Origin: Aureliella sp.
Lineage (GTDB): Bacteria > Planctomycetota > Planctomycetia > Pirellulales > Pirellulaceae
Direction of reading: 5' to 3'
NCBI GenBank assembly: GCA_963691875.1
Contig: OY829846.1
Location: 1,792,001-1,856,000 of the forward strand
DNA: 64,000 bases
Part shown: piece after piece, positions 1 to 9,607 of the stretch
Position numbering within the stretch: position 1 is the stretch's first letter
How the letters are laid out: the number at the start of each line of letters is the position of its first letter
Notes under the pieces: generated by a model
What the model was told of the DNA's origin: nothing
Databases searched by the model: none
The model's input: only the letters and a program-made list of their open reading frames with translations
Position numbers and translations under genes: made by a program

Positions 1-737
1 GACATCATTGCGTTATCGGTCCGAATGTAAGAATCGGACGCGGAACCAAACTAGAGAACAACGTTACCGTTACCGGCAATTCTACGGTTGGCAGAGACAA
101 CCATCTCTTCCCTGGCGTCGTCATTGGTGCTGAGCCTCAGGATCTAAGCTACCAAGGAACGCCGACCCAAGTCATCATCGGAGATGGCAACGTCTTTCGT
201 GAATCGGTGACCGTCAATCGAGCTACCGAAAAAGAAGACGGCATCACCCGTGTCGGCAACAATTGCTACATGATGACTTGTAGCCACGTCGCTCACGATT
301 GCAAAGTAGGTGACCGAGTGATCATGGCTAACAATGTGATGCTCGGAGGGCACGTGCATGTCGACAACGATGCAACACTGTCTGGTGGCTGTGCAGTTCA
401 CCACTTTGCATCCATCGGATGCTACAGCTTTGTAAGTGGCCTGAGCCGAGTTCTCCACGACGTGCCGCCTTACATGCTCGTCGAAGGCTTTCCAGCTCGG
501 CCTCGGACGGTGAACGTCGTAGCGTTAAAACGCAAGAGTTTCTCAAGCGAAGCGATCAAATCTTTGATGGAGGCCTACCGGCTACTTTATCGCTCGAAAG
601 TCGGTATGGAGCACGCTCGAGATATTTTGGCTGCGAACAAGCCATTGCTGCCAGAAGTGCAAGTTTTGTTTGACTTTATTGCCAACTCGCAAGACGGCCG
701 CCACGGACGCGGCCGTGATCGAAGGAGAGCCGCTTGA
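1..737 (+). CDS. lpxA: Acyl-ACP--UDP-N-acetylglucosamine O-acyltransferase (5' end outside window)
   Basis: Frame is open from nt 3 (HHCVIGPNVRIG...IGAEPQDLSY...FRESVTVNRAT). Hexapeptide repeats, HVAHDC and GHVHV motifs, C-terminal DVPPY helical domain. Confidence 0.96.
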   Translation, partial: HHCVIGPNVRIGRGTKLENNVTVTGNSTVGRDNHLFPGVVIGAEPQDLSYQGTPTQVIIGDGNVFRESVTVNRATEKEDGITRVGNNCYMMTCSHVAHDCKVGDRVIMANNVMLGGHVHVDNDATLSGGCAVHHFASIGCYSFVSGLSRVLHDVPPYMLVEGFPARPRTVNVVALKRKSFSSEAIKSLMEAYRLLYRSKVGMEHARDILAANKPLLPEVQVLFDFIANSQDGRHGRGRDRRRAA

Positions 738-1876
738 GTTCCCAAGCACCCCAATCACCTAATGCTCCTTTACGACTCGCTGTCATCGGCGGCGGGCATC
801 TCGGTAGGATCCACGCAAAACTTGCTGCGTCTAGCGATCAGTTCGAAGTGCTTGCGGTTGCTGACCCGAATTTTGATTCTCGTGAGTTGGTCGAAAAAGA
901 GCTTTGCCTACCTTCAGTTGAAGACTACCGAGCGTTGGTAGGTAAGATTGACGCTGCAGTTGTCGCAGCTCCTACCATGGCTCACTACGAGATCACGAGC
1001 ACTCTCCTCCGAGCAGGCGTACATTGCTTAGTTGAAAAGCCACTAACGCTATCGCCAGACCAGGCGCAAAGATTAGTTCAAATCGCAGCAAATCATCGAC
1101 GAGTTCTGCAAGTCGGCCACGTAGAACGATTCAATCCTATGTGGACTGTCGCGCAGGCCGAAATTGGTAGTCCCAAGTTCATCGAAGCGACGCGATTCGG
1201 CCCCTACAGCGGCCGCAGTACAGACATCGGTGTAGTGTTGGACCTGATGGTGCATGATCTAGACCTAATTCTTTCTTTGGATCGTAGCGAAGTTCGCAGT
1301 ATCCACGCCTCAGGAGTTGCCGTGCTAGGAAGCCACGAGGATATCGCTGAGGCGCGAATTGAGTTCGAGAGCGGATGTATTGCGAACGTTAAAGCGTCGC
1401 GTATTGCGCAGAATCCAACGCGGCGGATGCAAGTCTATTCAAGCACCGGGCTTGCCGATATCGACTTCTCCGGGGAAAACGTCGAATTCGTATCGCCAAC
1501 GCCAAAGTTGCTCTCGCGTGCGGTGCATCTAGATGAACTTCCTGTTGCAGATCGAATGGAAGCAAAAAACACTGTCTACGGCGAGCTTTTCAAGACGCGC
1601 TCGGTTGCAGCGCCGAGGCGAAACGCCATTCTCGACGAGCAGAATGATTTCGCGCTCAGTATCCAATCCGGTTCGGCTCCATCGGTAACCGGTGAAGATG
1701 GAGCTCGAGCGGTGCGAATTGCCTGTGAAATCATCGAGCAGATTCAGGCTCACGCTTGGGACGGCCCCACCAGCAAACCCTGGCGTGTCGGACCATTGGC
1801 TACGGAAGGTCCTCGGATTCTACCAATGCCAGAACGTGGGACCGAGCAAGATCAACCGACGCGTCGTGCCGGCTAG
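734..1876 (+). CDS. Gfo/Idh/MocA family oxidoreductase (GnnA-like UDP-GlcNAc 3-dehydrogenase candidate)
   Basis: GGGHLG Rossmann motif, VEKP, QVGHVERFNP, DLMVHDLD; overlaps the lpxA stop codon. Confidence 0.9.
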   Translation: MSSQAPQSPNAPLRLAVIGGGHLGRIHAKLAASSDQFEVLAVADPNFDSRELVEKELCLPSVEDYRALVGKIDAAVVAAPTMAHYEITSTLLRAGVHCLVEKPLTLSPDQAQRLVQIAANHRRVLQVGHVERFNPMWTVAQAEIGSPKFIEATRFGPYSGRSTDIGVVLDLMVHDLDLILSLDRSEVRSIHASGVAVLGSHEDIAEARIEFESGCIANVKASRIAQNPTRRMQVYSSTGLADIDFSGENVEFVSPTPKLLSRAVHLDELPVADRMEAKNTVYGELFKTRSVAAPRRNAILDEQNDFALSIQSGSAPSVTGEDGARAVRIACEIIEQIQAHAWDGPTSKPWRVGPLATEGPRILPMPERGTEQDQPTRRAG

Positions 1877-2290
1877 GCTTTGGCAAATGACATCACCAAG
1901 CTTCAGCAAGAATGGCATTCGGGCCAATATCTTTTCTGGACGCAAACGAGAACGTGCGTCGTGTCAGGCGTTCGGGATGGGGCAATATGTAGCAATTTGT
2001 CGAGGTCGGGGCACCGCGTAAGCAGTCCTTTTTCGCCGAAATTGGGCGACGTGAATGGCCCCAAAGCAATAGCATTCATGCCGCTGCCGCAAAGACGTTC
2101 GTTCCCTCGTAGATGTTGAGAGGGACCAGTTTTCCCACCCGCCCTCCAAATTCACTGAACCTAGGTGGAGTTACTCCGGTCCGCTATGTACGGAATCTGG
2201 CTTTGCAGCTATGATTTCGCCACAGCGGATGAAAGTCCGCCCCGTGATGCGTTTCGCTGACAAACGGCTCGAGCGATCGAGTAACCGTTC

Positions 2291-2372
2291 GGAGGGTAAG
2301 CGAATGGCTAGCGGCTTCATTGGAAATGAAGTGCCCCGTATGGGGTTGCGGGTTCGAGTCCCGTGCCCTCCG
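2291..2372 (+). tRNA. tRNA-Ser(GGA), class II with long variable arm and atypical D region
   Basis: Acceptor GGAGGGT/GCCCTCC plus G discriminator; anticodon arm CTTCA-TTGGAAA-TGAAG; variable arm CCCC-GTAT-GGGG; T arm GCGGG-TTCGAGT-CCCGT. Confidence 0.9.
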
Positions 2373-2403
2373 CCTTGAGGGTAGATTCTGCCCTAACAAA
2401 ATT

Positions 2404-2443
2404 ACGCCGAAGTCTGGCTTGCTGGACTCTCGGCGTTTTTTTT
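2404..2443 (+). terminator. Rho-independent terminator after tRNA-Ser
   Basis: ACGCCGAAGTC...GACTCTCGGCGT hairpin followed by a T run. Confidence 0.8.
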
Positions 2444-2693
2444 CATCGTCACCGATCGCTCCCTCGGTCTGAGCGTAGCCTCATGATTTTCTGTGTGACT
2501 CGCCCACCTAAGGAGAATTAACCGGAGATTCACTCAGCAAGGAAGAAGATCTATGTTCAATGCGTCTTTTAACTGCGGCCTGATTCAAATACGGCATTAA
2601 GCAAATGGATAATCCTCCTCCAGCCATCCCCGCCGAGAGGTCGATTCTCTACCTACGAAATTGGCTAGAGCATACTCTCATTCGAACGCGGAA

Positions 2694-3650
2694 ATGACGG
2701 CAAAGTCTTGGTCCCGAGTTGCGATACCTGTCTCACTGAGCGTCCTTCTGCTCGGCTGCGCGTCCGACCATTATCACTACGGCGTTGGGAGAGTGGCTTT
2801 GCGCGGTGCGAAGCCAGCGAGCAGTGTTGAACCTTCTTCGCGTCAGCTATGGGTTACGCACGGAGGTGATCACCTAACACTGGATCGAGTGGAGAAAGTG
2901 GTACAAGCGCCAGGTCGTTGGATCGGCAAATTGCTTGGGCGCGAACAGCTTTCAGACGACGAAGCAAGTATCTTGCGCGACGAAGGCCTGCTGTTAGCTA
3001 GCAACTATTTCCTAGCGAACGGATTGACTGACATCAAGGTAGATGTCCATGCCTATTCACCGAAGCTGCAATGGACGCGATTGGTGGCGAACAAGGAGAT
3101 CTCACCGATATGGAAGTACACCGGAGGAACTGCAAGTTGGCTGCGTTACGCGTTGCTTCCGCATCGCATTCTGCATCAAAACGATTTTGATCCATTTACC
3201 AAGACTCTCAGCATCAATTCCACCCGTCCGCTTCAAGTTCTCTACGAATCTGCTGTTGCCAAAGAGTACTTCTATCATCGAGATGACATTGGCGTCGGAA
3301 ACTACGCGATGCTTCAGTACGTTCCCTTTGCACCGCTATGGCACCACGGAAGAGTCACTCAAGATGTCATCACCTATTCGGATCACCATTTAGATCCCGG
3401 GCTTGACAGGCAACTCTACCCCTTGGTCTGGGCAAGACTCGGTTCCATTGCTGTGTCGGAGACGCTCTCCGTCTTTAGTGTTGTTCCCAGCGACTCGTTC
3501 CTTGCCCCCGCAATGCTTAGAATCTCAGGTAGTTTAGCCGGCAGGTTGGCTGGAAAAGAAATAGCCAACAAGAAGTATCGTGAAGAGAAGAGGCAGGGCA
3601 TCCATCAGGCTAGTGCCCTGGAGGCGGCAAGCAGTACAGCGAGCAATTGA
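2694..3650 (+). CDS. Hypothetical lipoprotein
   Basis: Long ORF with hydrophobic leader ending in lipobox LLLGC; start uncertain (2661 or 2694). Confidence 0.7.
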   Translation: MTAKSWSRVAIPVSLSVLLLGCASDHYHYGVGRVALRGAKPASSVEPSSRQLWVTHGGDHLTLDRVEKVVQAPGRWIGKLLGREQLSDDEASILRDEGLLLASNYFLANGLTDIKVDVHAYSPKLQWTRLVANKEISPIWKYTGGTASWLRYALLPHRILHQNDFDPFTKTLSINSTRPLQVLYESAVAKEYFYHRDDIGVGNYAMLQYVPFAPLWHHGRVTQDVITYSDHHLDPGLDRQLYPLVWARLGSIAVSETLSVFSVVPSDSFLAPAMLRISGSLAGRLAGKEIANKKYREEKRQGIHQASALEAASSTASN

Positions 3651-3784
3651 CAAGCACAGTGTTCTAATACGGAAAATCTGGCCGCGACACTCGTTTTTTC
3701 CCGGTGCCGCACTGCAAGAGAATTGCAGATACGCTTTGCTTCCGCTTTCAAAGCAAAGAATCTTACAGATGGTCGCTTCGTTCA

Positions 3785-4798
3785 CTAGCAAAGAAATCCG
3801 ATGCTTATAACAGCTCCGTCCAAGCTCACGACGTTGACCATGTGCGAGTTCTGAGCTTTCATAAAGGAGTAAGAGAATTCTCGCTCGTCTTGCAAGTTGC
3901 ACCGGTTGATCATTCCGCAACCGCTGGTCAGCGTGAACAGCGAACGTACGAATTGTCTTTGGTAGCTGAAGCTCGCTGAAAGACCGAGAACTGGAGTCAT
4001 TCGAGTTTCGCGGCAAGTCATATTCGCAGGAACACCGGGCTCGTCATCTGGAATGAAGACGCTGTTTTCTAAGCTACCAAGCATGATAGCCATGTTCGTG
4101 CCGACGTTGACGCTCAAGCCAGGCAAAAGGCACCAAATCAATTCACCCCTAGGTTAACACTACCACTAAGGTAAGTGCTAGTACAATTCGCGTTGAAGGC
4201 AGTTCGGAAGTCGCCCCGGTGTATCAAACAGCAAAAAACTGATCAATCGAAACCGCTTCACCACCTCCACTCAATCGAAGCGAAAGTTCATCTCGGAGGC
4301 GGAGCTTCTGAGCCAGCTCCATGTCGTAGACGTTGTAGTAGAAGAACAAAGAGCCGGAGATAAAGGTAGCTCGGTCTTCAGGAGTTACAGTTTCGACTCC
4401 CGCAGTATTACCGGAGTCATTGTTTTCCGAGTTGTCGCTGGAGACGAGCATCGCTCGAAGTGAGCCGGCATGCGACTCGAACAATGAGTTTTCAAAGTCA
4501 GTGTATTGGAACACTACTTCCGTGCCATTGGCGAAGCGGCGGCCTAGTGCAAACCGGTAGCCGCTATCTTAGTTGCTACCGACGGCAAGATATCCCACAC
4601 AAATCCTCGGTCTTGTACACCGTCGATATCAGTGATTGCATACTGCGTTGCAGGCGTGCGATCCGCCCAGTTTAAATTGTCTAAGGAGCTAATTCAGTCG
4701 CGTTGTCCGTCTGCGCAGAGTGTTGATCGTGCGAAGCCTTGCGTCGTCTATGCGATTGCGATTATCGCGGCAAGCATTGTAGCTAGTCTGCCCCTCAT
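3785..4798 (-). pseudogene. Degraded outer-membrane beta-barrel protein (Lpg1974-like family)
   Basis: Reconstruction: signal MRGRLATMLAAIIAIA*, then YAITDIDGVQDRGFV/(fs)GSN*DSGYRFALGRRF...YNVYDMELAQ...LRLSGG...IDQFFAV*YTG(fs)GDF...(fs)...TPVLGLSASFSYQ...SLDGAVISIGFLC. Several stops and frameshifts; alternating beta-strand pattern. Confidence 0.7.
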
Positions 4799-5107
4799 TC
4801 TTTCACCTTCAGTGTGTAGGCCTGAAGTGCCGCCTAGGCAGAGAAAGAGGATGCCGAAGCGGGCAGTACAGGTGCCGCATCCTTTGCCGACGACTGCACT
4901 CGAGTTGCAGTTACTCGGATGGCAAGTGGGAGAAAGCAAACTAAGAGGGGGCTTTACAATCGCATTGTGAGACACTGATTTCGCTGAATTATCTTAGGTT
5001 TGATCGTACCAAATGTGCTTTACTTGCATTGCGAGGTCGGGCGAACATTGCATGCTCGCATGTTGCGACTGACCGAACGGTTACAGATGCGATAGAAGCT
5101 TAAACAG

Positions 5108-5752
5108 CTATTCAAAACACTCATTTACACAAACCCTTGCACCTTGTTTCTCAAGGAGCCCTCGATACCATATTTCCGTCTCAAGAGTGCGTTCTGTATC
5201 TTCTTGAGTTCCCCAAATGATCGAGAGCGTTCGAGTCGTAGAACACGAGGTCTTGGTGCGTTGTGAATCCTTAATGGCGTTCGCACAGGGGCCTGACTGG
5301 TCAAAAAGGCAGAGCAAACCACCAATGTCTATTTCTTGGCTGCTAAGATTGAACACATAACTGCTTCCAGACTCTGCGACCTGAATGCTGAGTGGCTCTA
5401 CAGCCAAGTCCAAATCAACCACACTGATTGGTAGTCCGCTGTGCAGCGAGCAAACGTTGCAGGCATCAACGGCCAAGTTGATGGAACCTAACCGCCCAGC
5501 CACTTCGGCTTTTAGCAAATACTCAGAAGCCGGTTTACTTCTTCCAGTCGGCTTGAAGCCACTAACTCGCAGCATGTCGCGCACAGCTTTTCGAATCGTA
5601 TCGTTAGATTCGATTGGAGCCTGAGCTGCGAGGGATAATTGGAGCTTTAATGAAGACGCACCCATTTCCCCCAAAGGGCGAGGGAACTCCGAGACAAAAT
5701 ACCGTGCGTCGAGCTTTGGGTGTTCGCATACGTCAACCATGCGATCTCGCAT
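5108..5752 (-). CDS. Stand-alone B3/B4 (PheRS-beta editing-like) domain protein
   Basis: GFKPTGRSKPASEYL, INLAVDACNVCSLHSGLPISVVDLD and KDSQRTK are typical B3/4 motifs; GGAGG upstream of the ATG at 5752. Confidence 0.88.
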   Translation of the reverse strand: MRDRMVDVCEHPKLDARYFVSEFPRPLGEMGASSLKLQLSLAAQAPIESNDTIRKAVRDMLRVSGFKPTGRSKPASEYLLKAEVAGRLGSINLAVDACNVCSLHSGLPISVVDLDLAVEPLSIQVAESGSSYVFNLSSQEIDIGGLLCLFDQSGPCANAIKDSQRTKTSCSTTRTLSIIWGTQEDTERTLETEIWYRGLLEKQGARVCVNECFE

Positions 5753-6313
5753 TGTTCCTCCTTCAAAGATTAGTACCACTGCGATGCGATATCCATGTGC
5801 GAAGCTCGAGCTGGCGGCTTCGCCGAAGAGTCAAATGAATTGAGCAAAATTCAAACAGCATTCGTAGGATAGTCTTCTGAAAGCCTAGCCACTTCAGAAC
5901 ACAGTGCGAATTGGCTATCGCTGCTTCGCCAAAGTCCAGTCAATAGAATATCCCGAAAGGGACTTAGACAGCCCCAGCCGGCACTCTGCCGACCTGAAGT
6001 TTAGCCGAAGCATTTCGGGGTTTGGGACATCGAGGAGAGAGACTAGTGGAATCGGGGACAGATCGTCTAGCTAGACCACGACTGAGCAAAAATGTAGAAA
6101 GTCTGTAAAGCGTGTCTTTTGCGTCAACGAAACCGGCTCGCCGAACGTCCACTGATAAGATCGCGCTTGCCCCACTTCGAGATAGATTGATGCTAATTAA
6201 ACGATGCGAAGTTCGGGATGTGTACGTTTTTGCCCCGCTGCAGCTTCCGTTTTTCGAGCGTAAGTGTTTGAGCGGATGAGATCCGCCCGATCTCGCCAAA
6301 TGAGGATTCGAAA

Positions 6314-6826
6314 TTGATCGGGGAGAAATCCGGCGGGCTGCAGGAAGAAGCAGATCGTGCGAAACAGAAGAAGAAGCACCATCGGAAAAGAAAAACCGAG
6401 TCGGACCGGATGTTGAACATCGGATTTACCCACGATCCGGGAGCAGGAAAGTACGACGGCGTAATAGGTGCGCTGACGGATACCTGGAATCTTGTCAGCA
6501 TGGGAACGACGGCAAAGGATCTCATGCGCTACAGCGATGCTTCCAGCAGTACCGCATGCATCCGCATCACTCGGCACAATGGCGTCTGGGGCATTGACGG
6601 GCACCTGGGTATCTTCCTTGGCTACATCTACGACAATCGCCGGTGTAAGAACTTAGAGGCGACCATCCTAGACCTGGAGCCAGGGCGCTATCGAGCCTAC
6701 GTCTATACCCATGGGGACGCACCGAACTGGACGCCGAAGTTTCCACCGGTAGTGAATGTTTGGTTTGGCCCAAATAGCCGAACGGCAAAGTACCAAGATC
6801 AACAGGTCAAGCCTGGACGATTGTAG
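6314..6826 (+). pseudogene. Probable truncated fragment of a secreted beta-rich protein
   Basis: Protein-like core LNIGF...DTWNLV...GYIY...LEPGRYRAYVYTHGDAPN is flanked by junk-like sequence; no signal peptide; lies near the 3' end of tRNA-Glu. Confidence 0.4.
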
Positions 6827-6975
6827 AGAGCGGCGTTGATGCGAACGGTAAGAGCCGAGCCTAGCCTTTCTGCGTCCTGTGCTCCGTAATTACAAGGAAT
6901 GGACCAAGACGAAGAACCAAGAAAAACATAAACCCCTGAAAACATGCGTTCTCAAGAGCTTCTGAGGATCAACAG

Positions 6976-7048
6976 TACCCCGTAAGGGATTCGAACCCCT
7001 GTTTCCGGATCGAGAACCCGGCGTCCTGGGCCGCTAGACGAACGGGGC
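6976..7048 (-). tRNA. tRNA-Glu(CTC)
   Basis: Reverse complement GCCCCGTTCGTCTAGCGGCCCAGGACGCCGGGTTCTCGATCCGGAAACAGGGGTTCGAATCCCTTACGGGGTA forms a canonical cloverleaf; anticodon CTC; CCA not encoded. Confidence 0.96.
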
Positions 7049-7192
7049 GTCAAAAAGGAAGACGCAAGAGTCTGGGACCGCCATACCTGTTTGGTGTTCC
7101 CAGCCTGCCTGAGGCTACCAAGTTTACCCGAAGGCATCGTTCTGAGAATCCCAGATTGGTGAACACAATCTCCCTGCCTTCTTTTTAAGGGC

Positions 7193-7606
7193 TTAAGCAT
7201 CTAACTCTCCGCCATCCGTTTCATAGGCTTCACGTTCGAAGGGATTGTCTCGGTATATCCTGCGACCGGTCAGCCACATATAGATAGACGAAAGGAAATA
7301 GGCCGGTAAGAAAAACGGACCCCAACGCTCGTACTGCGCCACATGCACCGTTTCATGCGTCCGTGCTACGTCGAGAGAAGCCGCGGTTTGCCCAAGTATC
7401 GCATGGCCAAGAGTTAGCGCCAGCGTGAATTGCCCATTCGGAAGTCGCTGAATCATCCACTTCGTACCGCCCTCGTAGAATTCAATCGCCGGTCCTCGAA
7501 ACTGCACGCGTCCTCCAAAGCACATTCCGATGCTCCCGAACAGCAGACCGAGCAAAGTATTGGGCGAAACCCAGAGAACGCGAAATGTAAAAATGAGTTG
7601 TTTCAA
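7193..7606 (-). CDS. Conserved hypothetical membrane protein with HExxH motif
   Basis: SPNTLLGL, LTLGHAILG, HETVH, WGPFFLPAY, DNPFEREAY. Confidence 0.8.
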   Translation of the reverse strand: MKQLIFTFRVLWVSPNTLLGLLFGSIGMCFGGRVQFRGPAIEFYEGGTKWMIQRLPNGQFTLALTLGHAILGQTAASLDVARTHETVHVAQYERWGPFFLPAYFLSSIYMWLTGRRIYRDNPFEREAYETDGGELDA

Positions 7607-7783
7607 AGTTGGATACGAGCCTCGCCCGCGACTCGCGCTACCTTCGGTAAAGTGTTGAAACGCATAAGAATTCGTCGCGAGGCAAGCGATAGGCCCCCTG
7701 CCACTTCGCGGAGGCCCAGGCCGATCAGTCGAGAATCAGTTATAGTATTCCTTCCCACATTCTATCAGATCTAGACCACTAGT

Positions 7784-9046
7784 ATGCTTCACAATATTCC
7801 AACCGATGAACTTGGGCCGCGTGGCGAGGCGATGGCAGAGGCTGTCGGCAAATGCGTGCACTGCGGATTCTGTTTGCCAGCTTGCCCAACCTATCAAGAG
7901 CTTGGGAGTGAAATGGATTCGCCACGAGGACGGATCCTGCTGATGAAATCCGTGCTCGAAGGCGACCTCGAGATGGAGCACGCGCAGCCGCACATCGATC
8001 GCTGCTTGGGTTGTCTGGCTTGCGTGACACATTGCCCTTCAGGAGTCGAGTATGGAGAACTGGTAAGTTCGTATCGTGATCACGTAGAGCATAAAAAGGG
8101 CAGTCGCAAGTATTCGCTGCGTGACTGGCTGGTAGGACTGACTCTGCCGTATGCCAAGCGATTTCGATTGGCGCTGACTCTCGGTCGTCTGACCAAACCA
8201 TTACAGTGGGCTGTTCCCAAGTCTTTGCGGCCAATGTTGGATTTAGTTCCAGACGAGTTGCCAGCTCGCCAGCCTTTGCCAGAACTCATTCCTGCGGAAG
8301 GCAAACGTCGCGGTCGAGTCGCTCTACTAGTCGGTTGTGCTCAACAAGTCCTCGCACCCGACATCAATGCCTCGGCGGCTCGAGTGCTGAGCCGCAATGG
8401 AATCGAAGTTTATGTGGCCCGTGATCAAGGGTGTTGCGGCGCACTGGCTTGGCACACTGGACAAGGCAACAAAGCGAGCAAGTTTGCACGTCGGCTAATG
8501 TCGACAGTTCCAGATGATGTGGATTGTTTCGTGACGACGGCAGCCGGCTGTGGTTCTGCTATCTCTGAATACCCACTCCTCCTAGCTGGAACAGACTTGG
8601 AACAGGACGCGAGGCGTTTGGCTGCACGAACCATGGATATATCGGCGTACCTCGATCAGTTGGACTTAGTGCCAGTCCCAGCACTCGAAACACCCAAACG
8701 AGTGGCTTACCATGACGCCTGTCATTTAGGGCATGCGCAGGCGGTTCGGAATGAGCCAAGGCGTTTGTTACGTCAAATTGGCAATCTAGAACTCGTTGAG
8801 TTATCCGACACCGACACCTGCTGTGGTTCGGCCGGAACTTACAACATTGAACAGCCTGAAATCGCACAGTCGCTAGGGCGGAAGAAAGCGGATCTAGTCA
8901 TTGCGACTGGTGCCTCTGCCGTGGTGACGGGGAATATCGGATGTTTAGTCCAGATTGAAAAACACCTCCAAGAATCCTCAAATCGAGTAGCGGTTTTGCA
9001 CACTGTGCAGATCTTGGATCGCGCCTACCAAAAGAAACTCGTTTAG
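7784..9046 (+). CDS. glcF: Glycolate oxidase iron-sulfur subunit
   Basis: Two ferredoxin motifs (CVHCGFCLPACP, CLGCLACVTHCP), DSPRGRI, two CCG domains, YHDACHLGH. Confidence 0.92.
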   Translation: MLHNIPTDELGPRGEAMAEAVGKCVHCGFCLPACPTYQELGSEMDSPRGRILLMKSVLEGDLEMEHAQPHIDRCLGCLACVTHCPSGVEYGELVSSYRDHVEHKKGSRKYSLRDWLVGLTLPYAKRFRLALTLGRLTKPLQWAVPKSLRPMLDLVPDELPARQPLPELIPAEGKRRGRVALLVGCAQQVLAPDINASAARVLSRNGIEVYVARDQGCCGALAWHTGQGNKASKFARRLMSTVPDDVDCFVTTAAGCGSAISEYPLLLAGTDLEQDARRLAARTMDISAYLDQLDLVPVPALETPKRVAYHDACHLGHAQAVRNEPRRLLRQIGNLELVELSDTDTCCGSAGTYNIEQPEIAQSLGRKKADLVIATGASAVVTGNIGCLVQIEKHLQESSNRVAVLHTVQILDRAYQKKLV

Positions 9047-9173
9047 CACAAATTACCTTCCCTTCCCACTCAACTTGCCTTGCCCAAACGGCCGATAGCT
9101 AGCCCTGCCCAGGTTGGTAAAGGCGATCCAATTCGCCCAAACTTCCCACGTTTCTTTGAGGATTCTCAGAAGT

Positions 9174-9452
9174 ATGACGCCATCGCAGATCGTTGAGGGC
9201 AACGAGTTTGAGGCCGTTCGTGAGTATGTCAAAACGGAACTTTGCGAGAAAAATGAATTAGAACGAGACGCGTTTCAGATGTCAGAGCGTTTGCTCACCA
9301 GGCAAGGAAAGCCTTGTGGGTTTTATTTCTGCATCTACGGTCCTAGAAGTGTCCGCCTAACGGCAGTCTGGGATCTGAACAAGAATTCGATTTTGTTCTA
9401 CGACTCGCTTGGTCGCCGAGCAGGCAATCACCCGACTCCAAATTTCGATTGA
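9174..9452 (+). CDS. Small conserved hypothetical protein
   Basis: Protein-like core GKPCGFYFCIYGPRSVRLTAVWD...ILFYDSLGRR; upstream of csrA on the same strand. Confidence 0.75.
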   Translation: MTPSQIVEGNEFEAVREYVKTELCEKNELERDAFQMSERLLTRQGKPCGFYFCIYGPRSVRLTAVWDLNKNSILFYDSLGRRAGNHPTPNFD

Positions 9453-9549
9453 GCACCTTAGGAAAACTACGAAGCAATTATTCGCTTGCCGATTGGCAAG
9501 AACTCATATTATTCAGAACACGAGAGAGCAGAACCAAACCCCGCCCCCA

Positions 9550-9600
9550 GTGCAAGCAGGATGTCTTTGCACCCGAGTTGGTTTTGAGACGCAAGGAGGA
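9550..9600 (+). promoter_or_regulatory. Putative CsrA-binding GGA hairpin plus GGA-containing RBS in the csrA leader
   Basis: GTGCAAGC-AGGAT-GTCTTTGCAC stem-loop presenting GGA; CAAGGAGGA Shine-Dalgarno. Confidence 0.5.
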
Positions 9601-9607
9601 ATAGAAC

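Noticed and set aside
1880..2290. Short ORFs 1880-2119, 1893-2075 and 1964-2155
   Set aside because: No recognisable motifs and mutually overlapping; probably intergenic.
3785..4798. Stop-codon readthrough or recoding to explain the in-frame stops
   Set aside because: All three stop types plus frameshifts occur, and neighbouring genes use the standard code, which indicates decay.
6730..6960. Possible integrase start or att site next to tRNA-Glu
   Set aside because: No recognisable recombinase motifs and no duplicate of the tRNA 3' end found by eye.
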